Assembly (NCBI RefSeq): GCF_000619845.1 | Contig: NZ_JHUX01000012.1 | Span: 6,396-38,395 of the forward strand | Reading direction: 5' to 3' | Length of the DNA stretch: 32,000 nt | Origin: Alkanindiges illinoisensis DSM 15370 | GTDB taxonomy: Bacteria; Pseudomonadota; Gammaproteobacteria; Pseudomonadales; Moraxellaceae | Shown: one piece after another, positions 1 to 11,616 of the stretch | Layout of the letters: each line of letters begins with the position of its first letter | How positions within the stretch are numbered: the stretch's first letter is position 1 | Translations under genes and position numbers: made by a program | Notes under the pieces: generated by a model | The model's database searches: none | What the model saw: the letters and a program-made list of their open reading frames with translations, nothing else | Told to the model about the DNA's origin: nothing

Positions 1-1
1 A

Positions 2-2047
2 CATGACGATGCCAACCGTGCATTGATGGGTTCGAACATGCAGCGTCAGGCAGTACCAACTTTGCGTGCTGACAAGCCGCTGGTCGGTACAGGCATGGAG
101 CGCCATGTAGCACGCGATTCAGGCGTGTGTGTGGTGGCCAAGCGTGGTGGCAAGATTGAGTATGTAGATGCCAGCCGTATCGTGGTTCGTGTGCATGAAG
201 AAGAAATGCATGCAGGCGAGGCCGGTGTTGACATTTATAACCTGATCAAATACACCCGTTCCAACCAGAACACCTGTATTAACCAGAACATTATTGTGAA
301 TCGCGGTGATGAAATTGCCCGTGGTGATATTCTGGCCGACGGTCCATCAACCGATCTGGGTGAACTGGCGCTGGGCCAAAACATGCGCGTGGCATTTATG
401 CCGTGGAATGGTTACAACTTCGAGGATTCGATTTTGTTATCCGAGCGTGTGGTTCAGGAAGACCGCTTTACCTCGATCCACATTCAGGAACTGTCCTGTG
501 TGGCGCGTGACACCAAGCTGGGTTCTGAAGAAATCACTGGCGATATTCCAAACGTGGGTGAAGCAGCACTGTCCAAGCTGGATGAATCCGGTATTGTGTA
601 CATTGGTGCGGAAGTCAACGCTGGTGACATTCTGGTTGGTAAAGTGACACCTAAGGGTGAAACCCAACTGACGCCAGAAGAAAAACTGCTGCGTGCGATT
701 TTTGGTGAAAAAGCTGCTGACGTGAAGGACTCTTCCTTGCGCGTTCCGTCTGGCACCAAAGGTACAGTAATTGATGTTCAGGTATTTACCCGCGATGGTC
801 TGGAAAAAGACGAGCGCGCGCTGGCGATTGAAAAAGCCCAGCTGGATGCTTACCGTAAAGATTTGAAAGAAGAATATCGAATCTTTGAAGAAGCAGCCCG
901 TGAGCGTGTAATCCGTTTGCTGAATGGCCAGAAAGTCAATGGTGGCGGCACCACCAAGCGTGGTGATGTACTGGACGACAGCATGATGTCCAGCCTTGAG
1001 CTGAATCAGTTGCTGGACGTGCAACCCATTGATGAAGGTATTGCCGAGCGCTTGCAGCAAATCCAGGACTTCTTGCGTGAGAAGGAAAAGGAAATTGATG
1101 ACAAGTTCACCGAGAAAAAGCGCAAGCTGTCTACCGGTGATGAGCTGACCCATGGCGTTCTCAAAGTGGTCAAGGTTTATCTAGCCGTGAAACGTCGTAT
1201 CCAGCCGGGTGACAAGATGGCAGGCCGTCATGGTAACAAAGGTGTGGTGTCTGTCATCATGCCGGTTGAAGACATGCCATATGATGAAAACGGTGTACCG
1301 GTTGATGTGGTGTTAAATCCGCTGGGTGTACCATCACGGATGAACGTGGGTCAGATTCTGGAAACGCATTTGGGTCTGGCTGCCAAAGGTCTGGGTCAGA
1401 AGATCGACAAGATGTTGCAACAGCAGCGTCAGGCTGCCGAGCTGCGTGAGTTCATGGACAAGATCTACAATCAGGTCGGTGGCGAGCAGGAAACCCTGAA
1501 CGAGCTGACTGATGATGAAGTGATTAGTCTGGCTCAAAACCTCAAGGGCGGTGTACCGATTGCAACGCCAGTATTTGATGGTGCAGAAGAAACCCAGATC
1601 AAGCAATTGCTGAAACTGGCTGACCTGTCCGAAACTGGCCAGCAGGTACTGTACGATGGCCGTACTGGTGACCGTTTTGACCGTCCTGTAACCGTGGGTT
1701 ATATGTACATGCTCAAACTCAACCACTTGGTGGATGACAAGATGCATGCGCGTTCTACCGGTTCTTACTCATTGGTCACGCAACAGCCATTGGGTGGTAA
1801 AGCCCAGTTTGGTGGCCAGCGCTTCGGTGAGATGGAAGTGTGGGCACTGGAAGCTTATGGTGCAACCTACACCCTGCAGGAAATGCTGACTGTGAAATCG
1901 GATGACGTCGAAGGACGTACCCGCATTTACAAGAACATTGTCGATGGCAATCACTATATGGATCCGGGCATGCCTGAATCGTTCAATGTACTGACCAAGG
2001 AAATTCGTTCTTTGGGTATTAACATTGAACTTAAAAATGGTGACTGA
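2..2047 (+). CDS. rpoB: DNA-directed RNA polymerase beta subunit, C-terminal ~681 codons (5' end outside the window)
   Basis: The frame is open from the window edge ([19 protein letters not shown]...). Hallmark beta-subunit segments are present: [46 protein letters not shown]. It is followed directly by rpoC. Confidence 0.98.
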   Translation, partial: HDDANRALMGSNMQRQAVPTLRADKPLVGTGMERHVARDSGVCVVAKRGGKIEYVDASRIVVRVHEEEMHAGEAGVDIYNLIKYTRSNQNTCINQNIIVNRGDEIARGDILADGPSTDLGELALGQNMRVAFMPWNGYNFEDSILLSERVVQEDRFTSIHIQELSCVARDTKLGSEEITGDIPNVGEAALSKLDESGIVYIGAEVNAGDILVGKVTPKGETQLTPEEKLLRAIFGEKAADVKDSSLRVPSGTKGTVIDVQVFTRDGLEKDERALAIEKAQLDAYRKDLKEEYRIFEEAARERVIRLLNGQKVNGGGTTKRGDVLDDSMMSSLELNQLLDVQPIDEGIAERLQQIQDFLREKEKEIDDKFTEKKRKLSTGDELTHGVLKVVKVYLAVKRRIQPGDKMAGRHGNKGVVSVIMPVEDMPYDENGVPVDVVLNPLGVPSRMNVGQILETHLGLAAKGLGQKIDKMLQQQRQAAELREFMDKIYNQVGGEQETLNELTDDEVISLAQNLKGGVPIATPVFDGAEETQIKQLLKLADLSETGQQVLYDGRTGDRFDRPVTVGYMYMLKLNHLVDDKMHARSTGSYSLVTQQPLGGKAQFGGQRFGEMEVWALEAYGATYTLQEMLTVKSDDVEGRTRIYKNIVDGNHYMDPGMPESFNVLTKEIRSLGINIELKNGD

Positions 2048-2189
2048 TTAAGGCAGGAGGGAAGTACTGGCAAAACAGTACTTCTCACCGTGCGGGATGG
2101 ATCTCCCGTAAGTTGCTCACCACTCAGGCGATAAATATTTGTGACCCAGCCGGGCAATGGATGAATTGCTCGGCTCACGGAGAAATGAA

Positions 2190-5100
2190 TTGAAAGATTT
2201 GCTCGATATTATGCGTAAGAAGACAGACTCGGAAAACGTTGGCAACGTTGAGTTTGATCGTATCCGTATTGGTCTTGCGTCACCAGAAATGATCAAATCG
2301 TGGTCTCATGGCGAAGTGAAAAAGCCTGAAACCATTAACTACCGTACCTTCAAGCCGGAGCGTGACGGCTTGTTCTGTGCCAAAATCTTTGGCCCGGTAA
2401 AAGATTACGAATGCTTGTGTGGCAAATACAAGCGCATGAAATACAAAGGCGTCATTTGTGAAAAATGTGGCGTTGAAGTCACTACCGCCAAGGTGCGCCG
2501 TGATCGCATGGGCCATATTGATCTGGCTTCTCCAGTTGCCCACATCTGGTTCTTAAAGTCACTGCCAAGCCGTATTGGCCTGCTGCTGGATATGACCCTG
2601 CGTGATATCGAGCGTGTACTGTATTTTGAAAGCTATGTCGTGACTGATCCTGGTATGTCACCGCTGGAAAAATACCAGTTGTTAAGCGATGAAGAATATT
2701 ACACTGCACTGGAAGAGCACGGCGACGAGTTTGTGGCCAAGATGGGTGCAGAAGCCGTTCAGGACTTGCTGCGCGACATCGATCTGGAAGCTGAAATTGC
2801 GCGTCTGCGTGAAGAAATTCCACAAACCACCTCTGAAACCAAGCTGAAAAAATCATCCAAGCGCTTGAAGTTGATGGAAGCATTCCGTGATTCCAACAAC
2901 AAGCCAGAATGGATGGTGATGAACGTTTTGCCAGTTCTGCCACCAGACTTGCGTCCGCTGGTTCCACTGGAAGGTGGCCGTTTTGCCACGTCTGACCTGA
3001 ACGATTTGTACCGTCGCGTGATTAACCGGAACAACCGTTTAAAGCGCCTGCTGGATCTATCTGCGCCTGACATTATCGTGCGTAACGAAAAACGCATGTT
3101 GCAGGAAGCGGTTGATGCGCTGCTGGATAACGGTCGTCGTGGCCGTGCCATTACTGGTAGTAACAAGCGTCCGCTGAAATCACTGGCTGACATGATCAAG
3201 GGTAAACAAGGTCGCTTCCGTCAGAACTTGCTCGGTAAGCGTGTGGACTACTCTGGTCGTTCGGTGATTGTGGTTGGCCCAACCTTACGTCTGCATCAGT
3301 GTGGCCTGCCGAAAAAAATGGCGCTGGAACTGTTCAAGCCGTTTATTTTTGCCAAGCTGCAAGCGTCTGGCCAAGCCACGACCATTAAAGCTGCCAAGAA
3401 AATGGTTGAGCGCGAAACCCCTGAAGTGTGGGACGTACTGGCTTCGGTCATCCGTGAACATCCGGTATTGCTGAACCGCGCGCCAACCCTGCACCGTCTG
3501 GGTCTGCAAGCGTTTGAACCTACCCTGATTGAAGGCAAGGCTATTCAGCTGCACCCGCTGGTATGTACGGCATTTAACGCCGACTTCGACGGTGACCAGA
3601 TGGCCGTTCACGTGCCTCTGACGCTTGAAGCCCAGCTTGAAGCGCGTGCACTGATGATGTCAACCAACAACATCCTGTCTCCAGCCAACGGTGAGCCAAT
3701 TATCGTTCCTTCGCAGGACGTGGTATTGGGCCTGTATTACATCAGCCGTGATGCCATTAACGCCAAAGGCGAAGGCATGATCTTTGCCGATACGGATGAA
3801 GTTAATCGTGCGCTGGGTACCAAGCAGGTTGCGTTGCATGCGCGTATTAAAGTACGTGTGAAAGAAACCATTGTTGAAGATGATGGTCAGCGAACCGTCA
3901 ATGATCGTCTGGTTGATACCACACCAGGTCGTTGCTTGCTGTGGAGCGTGGTTCCTACCGGTATGGGCTTTGATCAAATCAATGACACCATGACCAAAAA
4001 GAACATCTCCAAGCTGATCAACACCTGCTATCGCAAACTGGGTTTGAAAGCCACTGTATTGTTTGCTGACCAGCTGATGTATCTGGGCTTCCGTCAAGCC
4101 ACGCTGTCTGGCGTGTCTGTTGGTATGGAAGACATGCTGATTCCGCCAACCAAGGATGAAATCATTGGCAAGGCAGATGCTGAAGTTCGTGAAATTGAAC
4201 ATCAGTTTGAGCAGGGCTTTGTGACTGCCGGTGAGCGCTACAACAAGGTAGTGGATATCTGGGCGCGTACCAATGATCAGGTGGCCAAGGCCATGATGGA
4301 CAACCTGTCTTACGAGACAGTAGTCAATAAACAGGGTCAAGAGGAAAAGCAAAAATCCTTTAACTCGATTTATATCATGTCCGACTCCGGTGCGCGTGGT
4401 AGTGCGGCGCAGATTCGTCAGCTGGCTGGTATGCGTGGCCTGATGGCCAAACCGGATGGTTCGATTATTGAAACGCCGATTAAGGCTAACTTCCGTGAAG
4501 GCCTGACTGTACTGCAGTACTTCATTTCAACCCATGGTGCGCGTAAAGGTCTGGCGGATACCGCATTAAAAACTGCGAACTCCGGTTACCTGACACGTCG
4601 TCTGGTTGATGTGGCACAGGATCTGGTAATTACCGAGCCAGATTGTGGCACGACCGATGGCCTGTTCATGACACCATTGATTCAGGGTGGTGACGTTATT
4701 GAGCCACTGCGTGATCGCGTTCTGGGTCGTGTGGTTGCGGTTGAAGTCTTGAAGCCGGGCAGTGATGAAGTATTTGCTGAAGCCAATACATTGCTGGACG
4801 AACAGTGGGTTGACCGTCTGGAACAGGCTGGTGTGGACGAAATCAAGGTTCGCTCTGTAATTACCTGTAAGACCCGCTTTGGTGTCTGTGCCAAGTGTTA
4901 TGGTCGTGATCTGGCCCGTGGTCATCTGGTCAATGCGGGTGAGTCTGTGGGCGTTATGGCGGCGCAGTCCATTGGTGAACCGGGTACACAGCTCACCATG
5001 CGTACGTTCCACGTGGGTGGTGCGGCTAGCCGTACTTCTGCAGCTAACAGCGTGCAGGTACGTAACAAGGGTTCGATCCGTTTCCACAACATCAAGACTG

Positions 5101-6383
5101 TACAGCACAGCAAGGGACATCTGGTTACCGTATCCCGTTCTGCAGAAATTGGTGTGGCAGATGATCTGGGTCGTGAGCGCGAGCGCTATAAAGTGCCTTA
5201 CGGCTCGTCCATTATTGTTAAAGATGGCCAGGCTGTTGAGGCTGGTGCGGTCATTGCAACCTGGGATCCGCATACCCATCCGCTGATTACCGAAGTAGCA
5301 GGTAAGGTTCGCTTCTCGCAAATTCTGGACGGTTCAACGGCAACCTCCAAAACTGACGATGCAACCGGGATGACCACCGTTGAAATTCTGGCGGTAAAAG
5401 ATCGTCCGGCTTCTGGTAAGGAATTGCGTCCTGCAGTGGTACTGGATACTGTTGATGGTGGTGAACAGTTCTACTTCCTGCCACAAAACACCATTTTAAG
5501 TGTTCGTGATGGTGACAGTATTGGTGTCGGTGACGTTATTGGCCGTGTACCGCAGGAATCATCACGTACCCGTGATATTACCGGTGGTCTGCCGCGCGTC
5601 GCTGACCTGTTTGAAGCCCGTAAGCCAAAAGAGCATGCAATTCTGGCTGAAGTGTCTGGTGTGGTGAGCTTTGGTAAAGAAACCAAAGGCAAGAACCGCC
5701 TGGTGATTACGCCGGATGATGGCACTGAAATCTACGAAGAGCTGATTCCAAAATGGCGCCAGATCAACGTGTTTGAAGGTGAGCATGTAGAGCGTGGTGA
5801 AGTGATCTCTGACGGCCCACAAAACCCGCATGACATTTTGCGCTTAAAAGGCGAAGCGCCTTTGGCCAATTATATCGTGAATGAAGTGCAGGACGTTTAC
5901 CGCTTGCAGGGTGTAAAAATCAACGACAAGCACATTGAGGTGATTATTCGCCAGATGCTGCGTAAGGTTGAGATCCTGGATGGTGGTGATTCCAGCTTCA
6001 TTAAGGGCGAGCAGGGCGAATACTCTCGTGTGATGGAAGAAAATCAGGCGCTACAGGCTCAAAATAAGTTCCCGGCCAAGTTTGAACGCTTGCTCATGGG
6101 TATTACCAAAGCCTCGCTGTCCACTGACTCCTTCATTTCTGCTGCATCGTTCCAGGAAACTACCCGCGTTCTCACCGAAGCGGCGGTTACCGGTAAGGAA
6201 GATGATCTGCGTGGTCTGAAAGAAAATGTGGTGGTAGGCCGACTGATTCCTGCGGGTACTGGTTTGGCATACCATCTGGAGCGTCGTCGTCAGGAAGCTG
6301 AAGCTGCTGAAGCTGAACTGACTACCGACTTCTCTGAAGTGGATCAGGCCTTTAGTCAGGCATTGAATGAAGAACAAATTTAA
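2190..6383 (+). CDS. rpoC: DNA-directed RNA polymerase beta' subunit
   Basis: Long ORF after rpoB with the zinc-binding CLCGKYKR...CEKCGVEV segment and the catalytic [12 protein letters not shown] motif. I place the start at TTG 2190, which gives the conserved N-terminus [14 protein letters not shown] lies at 2179-2182, 7 nt upstream. The track's in-frame ATG 2157 would add 11 non-conserved residues. Confidence 0.97.
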   Translation: MKDLLDIMRKKTDSENVGNVEFDRIRIGLASPEMIKSWSHGEVKKPETINYRTFKPERDGLFCAKIFGPVKDYECLCGKYKRMKYKGVICEKCGVEVTTAKVRRDRMGHIDLASPVAHIWFLKSLPSRIGLLLDMTLRDIERVLYFESYVVTDPGMSPLEKYQLLSDEEYYTALEEHGDEFVAKMGAEAVQDLLRDIDLEAEIARLREEIPQTTSETKLKKSSKRLKLMEAFRDSNNKPEWMVMNVLPVLPPDLRPLVPLEGGRFATSDLNDLYRRVINRNNRLKRLLDLSAPDIIVRNEKRMLQEAVDALLDNGRRGRAITGSNKRPLKSLADMIKGKQGRFRQNLLGKRVDYSGRSVIVVGPTLRLHQCGLPKKMALELFKPFIFAKLQASGQATTIKAAKKMVERETPEVWDVLASVIREHPVLLNRAPTLHRLGLQAFEPTLIEGKAIQLHPLVCTAFNADFDGDQMAVHVPLTLEAQLEARALMMSTNNILSPANGEPIIVPSQDVVLGLYYISRDAINAKGEGMIFADTDEVNRALGTKQVALHARIKVRVKETIVEDDGQRTVNDRLVDTTPGRCLLWSVVPTGMGFDQINDTMTKKNISKLINTCYRKLGLKATVLFADQLMYLGFRQATLSGVSVGMEDMLIPPTKDEIIGKADAEVREIEHQFEQGFVTAGERYNKVVDIWARTNDQVAKAMMDNLSYETVVNKQGQEEKQKSFNSIYIMSDSGARGSAAQIRQLAGMRGLMAKPDGSIIETPIKANFREGLTVLQYFISTHGARKGLADTALKTANSGYLTRRLVDVAQDLVITEPDCGTTDGLFMTPLIQGGDVIEPLRDRVLGRVVAVEVLKPGSDEVFAEANTLLDEQWVDRLEQAGVDEIKVRSVITCKTRFGVCAKCYGRDLARGHLVNAGESVGVMAAQSIGEPGTQLTMRTFHVGGAASRTSAANSVQVRNKGSIRFHNIKTVQHSKGHLVTVSRSAEIGVADDLGRERERYKVPYGSSIIVKDGQAVEAGAVIATWDPHTHPLITEVAGKVRFSQILDGSTATSKTDDATGMTTVEILAVKDRPASGKELRPAVVLDTVDGGEQFYFLPQNTILSVRDGDSIGVGDVIGRVPQESSRTRDITGGLPRVADLFEARKPKEHAILAEVSGVVSFGKETKGKNRLVITPDDGTEIYEELIPKWRQINVFEGEHVERGEVISDGPQNPHDILRLKGEAPLANYIVNEVQDVYRLQGVKINDKHIEVIIRQMLRKVEILDGGDSSFIKGEQGEYSRVMEENQALQAQNKFPAKFERLLMGITKASLSTDSFISAASFQETTRVLTEAAVTGKEDDLRGLKENVVVGRLIPAGTGLAYHLERRRQEAEAAEAELTTDFSEVDQAFSQALNEEQI

Positions 6384-6410
6384 TCTTTCATGATTAAATA
6401 GTGTTTAATA

Positions 6411-6437
6411 AAAAGGGAGCTTCGGCTCTCTTTTTTA
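6411..6437. terminator. Rho-independent terminator after rpoC, probably bidirectional (also serves the minus-strand lipoprotein gene)
   Basis: Stem AAGGGAGC / GCTCTCTT with a TTCG tetraloop (6421-6424). An A-run lies upstream and a T6 run (6431-6436) downstream. Confidence 0.85.
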
Positions 6438-6510
6438 TGGCTGGTTTTTATGACTTATTTTTCAAGCTTAAATACGAAGACCTAAATGCTACAACTTAAG
6501 CATTTAATTT

Positions 6511-6888
6511 TTAACGGCTAGGGCAATCCTTGCCTTGTGAATACCAGTCAGTGACCAGATCATTTTTTAAAATAAACGCCACTTGGCAATCAGCACGAAT
6601 GCTGTAATTGGATGAAGGGCGTGGGGTTACATAAGTTCCTCCCATATTATTGACTAGAGGTGGAGTGATGGTTGGGGTAGGAATTGGAATATTGACCATA
6701 ACGGGTCTAAACACCAGAATGGTTTGGCCGTCTTGTTCAATCCGTTGATCCGGTGTACCAAACTCAGCAGTCAGGCGTGATGCAGGCTGGCCATTAAAAT
6801 AATTCATGGTGGTCGTAAAGCTTTGGGTCGTGGCGCAACCTGATAAAACAAATAAGCTTGAGATAAAAAGACTTTTATACATAATCAA
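6511..6888 (-). CDS. Putative lipoprotein, function unknown
   Basis: N-terminus MIMYKSLFISSLFVLSGC has a lipobox (LSGC) after a hydrophobic segment. No family recognised. Start could be M1 or M3. Confidence 0.7.
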   Translation of the reverse strand: MIMYKSLFISSLFVLSGCATTQSFTTTMNYFNGQPASRLTAEFGTPDQRIEQDGQTILVFRPVMVNIPIPTPTITPPLVNNMGGTYVTPRPSSNYSIRADCQVAFILKNDLVTDWYSQGKDCPSR

Positions 6889-7014
6889 TTACCCAGTTCT
6901 TAGATACAGAAAAATTAGCTGCTCAGTTGAGTATGCTGTTAATCAGAAATTATGGCTAAAAATGACTCTTAGTTGTTATAACGCTATACCTTGGCATCTA
7001 CTAGTAACATCGCG

Positions 7015-7368
7015 TTATTCAGGCAGGGCTGCAGTCACGGTAATTTCAATCAGTACATCGTTGTGATAGAGGCGCGCTTCTACAGTGGTTCGTGCAGGTG
7101 CTGCAACGGTCATCCATTCATCCCAGACTGCATTCATGGCTGCGTAATCCTGCTGAATATCTTTTAAATAAATCGTGGCTGACAGTAACCGTGATTTGTC
7201 TGTGCCTGCTTCGGCCAGAAAGCGGTCAATATTCGCCAGCGTCTGCCGGGTTTGTTCACTGATATCACCTGAAAAATCATCAGCAAGCTGGCCTGCCAGA
7301 TAAACGGTGCCAGAGTAAATTACAATTTCGCTAAAACGCTTTGCTGGGTGAAACCGGGTGATGCTCAT
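7015..7368 (-). CDS. RidA/YjgF/L-PSP family (reactive intermediate deaminase-like) protein
   Basis: 117 aa with a typical family pattern: VYLAGQ..., ...QTRQTLANI...L..AG, and ...R..V.A.L... near the C-terminus. The size is typical of the family. Confidence 0.8.
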   Translation of the reverse strand: MSITRFHPAKRFSEIVIYSGTVYLAGQLADDFSGDISEQTRQTLANIDRFLAEAGTDKSRLLSATIYLKDIQQDYAAMNAVWDEWMTVAAPARTTVEARLYHNDVLIEITVTAALPE

Positions 7369-7577
7369 AGCGTTATTCCAAAAATTTATCCAGTGTAAAG
7401 GGCTGCGATTTAAACACAGTCGGCAGTTTTTTTAGAGAAATTTCTCAAAGTCAGTTCAATGTTATCCAGGCTAAACAATATCTTTATACGGCTAATGTTT
7501 TACGCGAAAAGATTTGAATAAACGCAGGTAGGTTGCTACATTCGGAAACATAATATGAAGGAACTGTGGACGGCTAC

Positions 7578-8396
7578 ATGGACAAAATAGCCTTGGGTTT
7601 ACTAATGGGCCTGCTGGTATCCAGCATGACCCATGCGGAGTGTCCGTACAGTTTTGATGCCCATCCGACCCAGCTGGCGATTTATAGCCTGTTGCAAGAA
7701 GGCAATACCACCATGCTCAAGCCATTGGTTACCACACCCGCGCAACAGGTTTCCATTAGTCTGCCTGACATGCCACAAAAATATATGACCTCCTCACGCA
7801 ATGGCATTGAAAACCTGATTCAGCGTATCAATGACCATAGTGTGGCTGCTGGCGATATTACGGTTCCCAATACGGGCAAGCTGGCGCTGGAATTTAAAAT
7901 AGACCAGCTTACTACCCAAATTAAAACACCCGACAATTACTATAAATTTGGTGTGGTGATTTATGGCAGTAGTGACCAGGCGCCCGGGCAAAGTGACCTG
8001 ATGATTGAGCTTAGCCTGACCAACTCGGCGCTTAACCATCATCCTGAAGCGTTTATTAATATTATGGGTGCTAATATTGCAACCCATCGCTGGGAAGCCA
8101 GCAGCTACCCCTTGAATTTGCCACTGCCGGCAGAATACCGCTTGGGCCTGTATCTTGATCAGGACAAGGGAAGGCTGGGAGCGATTATCAATGGCAAGGA
8201 TAAAGGCTATATTAGCCAGAAGATTCCAGCACATATTGACCGGATTGTGATTGCCCCGTTTATCTTGTCTGACCTTGACCCGACCAACCCGCTGGTTGGC
8301 TCAATGCTGGCAGGCACTGTGATTACTGACGCCAGCCAGATGAAGCTTCGTTACCCCAGAGCCACCCGTGATATCTGTGGTGTGTCCCTGCGTTAA
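7578..8396 (+). CDS. Exported protein of unknown function
   Basis: Signal-peptide-like N-terminus MDKIALGLLMGLLVSSMTHA|EC, with one Cys right after the predicted cleavage site and one near the C-terminus. The in-frame GTG 7566 is an alternative start. From memory it resembles Acinetobacter-restricted DUF-type proteins of ~270 aa; I cannot verify that here. Confidence 0.65.
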   Translation: MDKIALGLLMGLLVSSMTHAECPYSFDAHPTQLAIYSLLQEGNTTMLKPLVTTPAQQVSISLPDMPQKYMTSSRNGIENLIQRINDHSVAAGDITVPNTGKLALEFKIDQLTTQIKTPDNYYKFGVVIYGSSDQAPGQSDLMIELSLTNSALNHHPEAFINIMGANIATHRWEASSYPLNLPLPAEYRLGLYLDQDKGRLGAIINGKDKGYISQKIPAHIDRIVIAPFILSDLDPTNPLVGSMLAGTVITDASQMKLRYPRATRDICGVSLR

Positions 8397-8483
8397 AACA
8401 CTACCGAAAACAACTGGATTTCAGCGCAGCGTTGCATTAAAAAAGAGGCTTTGTAAAACAACAAGCCCTTGCTGGAGTATGCA

Positions 8484-9278
8484 ATGAAACAGGTATTAAC
8501 GGTCAATGAAGTCGATGGCTTTATTGAGGGGAATGGCCCGCAAACGCTGGTGATGATTCACGGCTGGCCCGACACCTACCGGATCTGGGAAAAACAGATT
8601 GAATTTTTTAAGACCCGTTATCGCTGTGCCTATTTTACCTTGCCCGGTTTTGACCATGACAAGTCACGGCAGGCATTTTCGCTGGATCAGGTGATTGAAA
8701 CCATCAAGGCCGTAGTGGATGAAGCCAGTCCCGATCAGCCTGTACATTTGATGCTGCATGACTGGGGCTGTTTTTATGGCTATCAGTATGCCATGCGTTA
8801 TCCGCAGCGGGTAGCCAGTATTGTGGGCGTGGATGTGGGTGATGCCAACAGCCGGGCTTTCCGTAAATCCATTACCCCTAAAAAAGCGGCCATGATTGCC
8901 GGTTATCAGTTGCCCTTGGCGCTGGCCTGGCGGATTGGTGGCGCAGCAGGTCGCCAGATTGCGCGGGGTGTGGCAAAAACCCTGAAAACGCCCTCAGCAT
9001 TAAATTTAATCCGCGCCAATATGGGTTATCCCTATTACATTCAATGGACGCAAAAGTTTGGTTCATTTAAGGGTGCGCGTGATCTGGATTTTCAATGTCC
9101 ACTATTTTATATCTATGGCAAGAATAAGCCTTTGATGTTTCACTCAAGAGAATGGCTGGAACAACTGGAACAGCAACCTTCGAATAAGGTAGAGGGGTTT
9201 AATACCTCACACTGGGTGATGGTGGAGGCGCCTGAGCAATTTAATCAAACGGTGCAGGACTGGTTATCGACTTTATAA
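8484..9278 (+). CDS. Alpha/beta-fold hydrolase (epoxide hydrolase/haloalkane dehalogenase-like subgroup)
   Basis: HGWPD oxyanion-region motif (LVMIHGWPDTYRIW) and an HDWG nucleophile-elbow-like motif (MLHDWGCFYGYQYA). I chose ATG 8484 because GGAG at 8474-8477 lies 6 nt upstream; the track starts at TTG 8469. Confidence 0.8.
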   Translation: MKQVLTVNEVDGFIEGNGPQTLVMIHGWPDTYRIWEKQIEFFKTRYRCAYFTLPGFDHDKSRQAFSLDQVIETIKAVVDEASPDQPVHLMLHDWGCFYGYQYAMRYPQRVASIVGVDVGDANSRAFRKSITPKKAAMIAGYQLPLALAWRIGGAAGRQIARGVAKTLKTPSALNLIRANMGYPYYIQWTQKFGSFKGARDLDFQCPLFYIYGKNKPLMFHSREWLEQLEQQPSNKVEGFNTSHWVMVEAPEQFNQTVQDWLSTL

Positions 9279-9304
9279 GTATCAGGTTGTGATGCGTAAC
9301 CCAT

Positions 9305-9343
9305 AAAAAAACCCCTGATCAATAATCAGGGGTTTTTGTTTTT
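9305..9343. terminator. Bidirectional rho-independent terminator between the hydrolase gene and tRNA-Ser
   Basis: Perfect 8-bp stem CCCCTGAT (9312-9319) / ATCAGGGG (9325-9332) with a 5-nt loop, an A7 run upstream and T-runs downstream. Confidence 0.85.
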
Positions 9344-9379
9344 CCATGGATCAGGCTTTAAAGCCAGGTGGAAAAAATC

Positions 9380-9470
9380 TGGCGGTGAGAGAGGGATTCG
9401 AACCCTCGATACGGGGATACCGTATACACACTTTCCAGGCGTGCTCCTTCAGCCACTCGGACACCTCACC
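9380..9470 (-). tRNA. tRNA-Ser, anticodon GGA
   Basis: The reverse complement reads GGTGAGGTGTCCGAGTGGCTGAAGGAGCACGCCTGGAAAGTGTGTATACGGTATCCCCGTATCGAGGGTTCGAATCCCTCTCTCACCGCCA. It has an acceptor stem, anticodon loop CTGGAAA, a long variable arm, a GGTTCGAATCC T-arm and an encoded CCA. Confidence 0.97.
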
Positions 9471-9591
9471 AAGGCGTGCGATTCTAGCCAAAAAACAGCG
9501 CTTTGCCAATCGCTATTTTATGTAAAACCCACTTTATTGATTTTTTTTCGGTGCTACTATGGCCGGATTATAACGAGATGTTCATTTTGCT

Positions 9592-11469
9592 ATGCAAACA
9601 CAAACGCATCGTGCTGCTTTACCAGCCATTACGCTGGCCGCACTGGGGGTGGTATTTGGTGATATTGGAACCAGTCCGCTGTATGCCTTAAAAGAATGTT
9701 TTCATGCAGCACACGGTATTCAGATTACACCGGCCAATGTGCTGGGTGTGTTATCGCTGATCTTCTGGTCGCTGATGATTGTCGTGTCGTTTAAATATGT
9801 GGCCTTCATCATGCGCGCCGACAACAATGGCGAAGGTGGCATCATGGCGCTGTTGGCTCTCAACATGCGAAGCAAACGGATTGGCCCTAAAACCCGTTCT
9901 GCATTAATTGGTATTGGCCTGTTTGGTGCCGCCCTGTTTTTTGGCGATGGTATTATTACCCCGGCAGTATCGGTATTGTCTGCCGTAGAAGGCCTCTCCA
10001 TTGCAACTCCTGTGTTTACGCCTTATGTAGTGCCCATTACCATTGCCGTACTGGTGGTGCTATTCATGATTCAGCGCAAGGGCACAGGTTTGGTTGGCAA
10101 GTACTTTGGCCCCATTACCCTGTTATGGTTTGCGTCCTTAGGCGTGCTGGGCGTACTCAGCATCATGCAGAATCCGGGCATTCTATGGCTAGTGAACCCA
10201 TACTGGGCAGCGCATTTTGTATTTTTCCATCCTGGTATCGCATTTTTAACCATGAGTGCGGTGGTGTTGACCATTACCGGGGGCGAGGCGCTTTATGCCG
10301 ATATGGGACATTTTGGCCGCAAACCCATTCAGATGGGCTGGTTTTTTATTGTGTTGCCGTGTTTGCTGCTCAATTATGCCGGACAGGGCGCATTATTATT
10401 ACGGGAACCAACAGCCGTTGAAAATCCGTTTTTTAAGCTGGTGCCGGATGTTGCACTGTATCCCATGATTGCGCTGGCTACGCTGGCTACAGTGATTGCT
10501 TCACAGGCGGTCATTTCCGGTGTATTTTCCATTGCACGCCAGGCCATGCAACTGGGTTATTTGCCACGCATGACCATTTTGCACACCTCGGAATCGGAAA
10601 TTGGCCAGATTTACATTCCTTTTCTAAACTGGCTGTTGCTGGGTTCCATTGTCATTCTGGTCGCTGCTTTTGAATCCAGTTCCAATCTGGCCGCAGCGTA
10701 TGGCCTTGCGGTCACCATGACCATGATCTGTGACACCCTGCTGGTGGGCTTTGTGCTGTATAGCCTGTTACGCTGGCGACCTGCCAAGGTATTGTTAATT
10801 GTGGTGCCGATTTTATTGCTGGATCTGGTGTTTTTTAGTGCCACTTCACTGAAAATTCTGGCAGGCGGCTGGTTCCCGCTCATGGTGGGCGCCGTGGCCT
10901 TTACCATCATGATGACCTGGAAGCGTGGTCGTAAAATTACTTTTGACAAATTGCAGCGTGACACTCTGCCGCTGGATATTTTTATCAAAAGCCTGCATTC
11001 CGCACCCAATATTGTGAGTGGCACCGCTGTATTCATGACCGGGAGTCCCAACGTGGTACCCCATGCCTTATTGCACAATCTCAAGCACAATAAGGTACTG
11101 CATGAGCGTAATGTGCTGATGACCATTCGCACGCGGGATGTGCCTTATGTTGATCCCAGCGAACGGGTAGAAGCCGAACAACTGGATGACCGTTTTATAC
11201 GCGTAAGAGCCTCATATGGTTTCAAGGAACAGCCGGATGCTCCCCAGGCGCTGGAACAGGCACTGGCTTTGCTGGACCAGTCTTATGACACCATGACCAC
11301 CAGTTTTTTTGTGTCACGCGAACGGCTAGTGCATACCGTGGGCGAGGGCATGGCACCCTGGCGCGAAAAACTGTTTATTTCTATGCAGCGCAATACCAGT
11401 TCAGTGAGTGACTTCTTTCAGATTCCCCCCAACCGGGTGGTTGAAATGGGTACGCAAATAGAAATCTAG
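9592..11469 (+). CDS. kup: KUP/HAK/KT family potassium uptake transporter
   Basis: 625 aa, polytopic. The family N-terminal signature is present ([23 protein letters not shown]), with a GEGGIMAL segment and a soluble C-terminal domain. Confidence 0.95.
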   Translation: MQTQTHRAALPAITLAALGVVFGDIGTSPLYALKECFHAAHGIQITPANVLGVLSLIFWSLMIVVSFKYVAFIMRADNNGEGGIMALLALNMRSKRIGPKTRSALIGIGLFGAALFFGDGIITPAVSVLSAVEGLSIATPVFTPYVVPITIAVLVVLFMIQRKGTGLVGKYFGPITLLWFASLGVLGVLSIMQNPGILWLVNPYWAAHFVFFHPGIAFLTMSAVVLTITGGEALYADMGHFGRKPIQMGWFFIVLPCLLLNYAGQGALLLREPTAVENPFFKLVPDVALYPMIALATLATVIASQAVISGVFSIARQAMQLGYLPRMTILHTSESEIGQIYIPFLNWLLLGSIVILVAAFESSSNLAAAYGLAVTMTMICDTLLVGFVLYSLLRWRPAKVLLIVVPILLLDLVFFSATSLKILAGGWFPLMVGAVAFTIMMTWKRGRKITFDKLQRDTLPLDIFIKSLHSAPNIVSGTAVFMTGSPNVVPHALLHNLKHNKVLHERNVLMTIRTRDVPYVDPSERVEAEQLDDRFIRVRASYGFKEQPDAPQALEQALALLDQSYDTMTTSFFVSRERLVHTVGEGMAPWREKLFISMQRNTSSVSDFFQIPPNRVVEMGTQIEI

Positions 11470-11511
11470 CTATTTGTTAAAAAAAATTAATCTAAAGTAA
11501 CAGACATAAGT

Positions 11512-11543
11512 AAAGCTGGCACTAAGGCCAGCTTTAAATTTTT
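11512..11543 (+). terminator. Probable kup terminator
   Basis: 9-bp stem AAAGCTGGC (11512-11520) / GCCAGCTTT (11527-11535) with a 6-nt loop, followed by AAATTTTT. The T-run is not immediately adjacent to the stem. Confidence 0.5.
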
Positions 11544-11616
11544 GCAAGCTAACACAGGAACGTGTTAAGAATGAATGAGGGTGCTTGCAAAACTGTTTAC
11601 CTGGGTTAAGGAAACC

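Noticed and set aside
2157-2189. Upstream in-frame ATG as the rpoC start
   Set aside because: It would add [11 protein letters not shown] ahead of the conserved MKDLLD N-terminus and has no RBS. TTG 2190 has GGAG at the right spacing.
437-5831. Long minus-strand and alternative-frame ORFs inside rpoB and rpoC (for example 437..1153, 2482..2967, 3660..4352, 4566..5321, 4879..5286)
   Set aside because: They lie entirely within strongly supported rpoB/rpoC reading frames. Their translations are low-complexity and Arg/Leu/Thr-biased with no motifs or RBS. They are typical antisense shadow ORFs of codon-biased genes.
9279-9591. tRNA-Ser as an integration hotspot for a genomic island
   Set aside because: No integrase, no duplicated tRNA 3' end (direct repeat) and no mobile genes are visible on either side within the window.
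9336-9691. ORFs 9336..9662 and 9503..9691
   Set aside because: They overlap the tRNA-Ser gene, its flanks and the kup 5' end, and they have no RBS or motifs.
9720-11132. Minus-strand and alternative-frame ORFs inside kup (9720..10001, 10071..10274, 10125..10421, 10611..11132, 10846..11064)
   Set aside because: They are contained in the well-supported kup frame and have no motifs or RBS.
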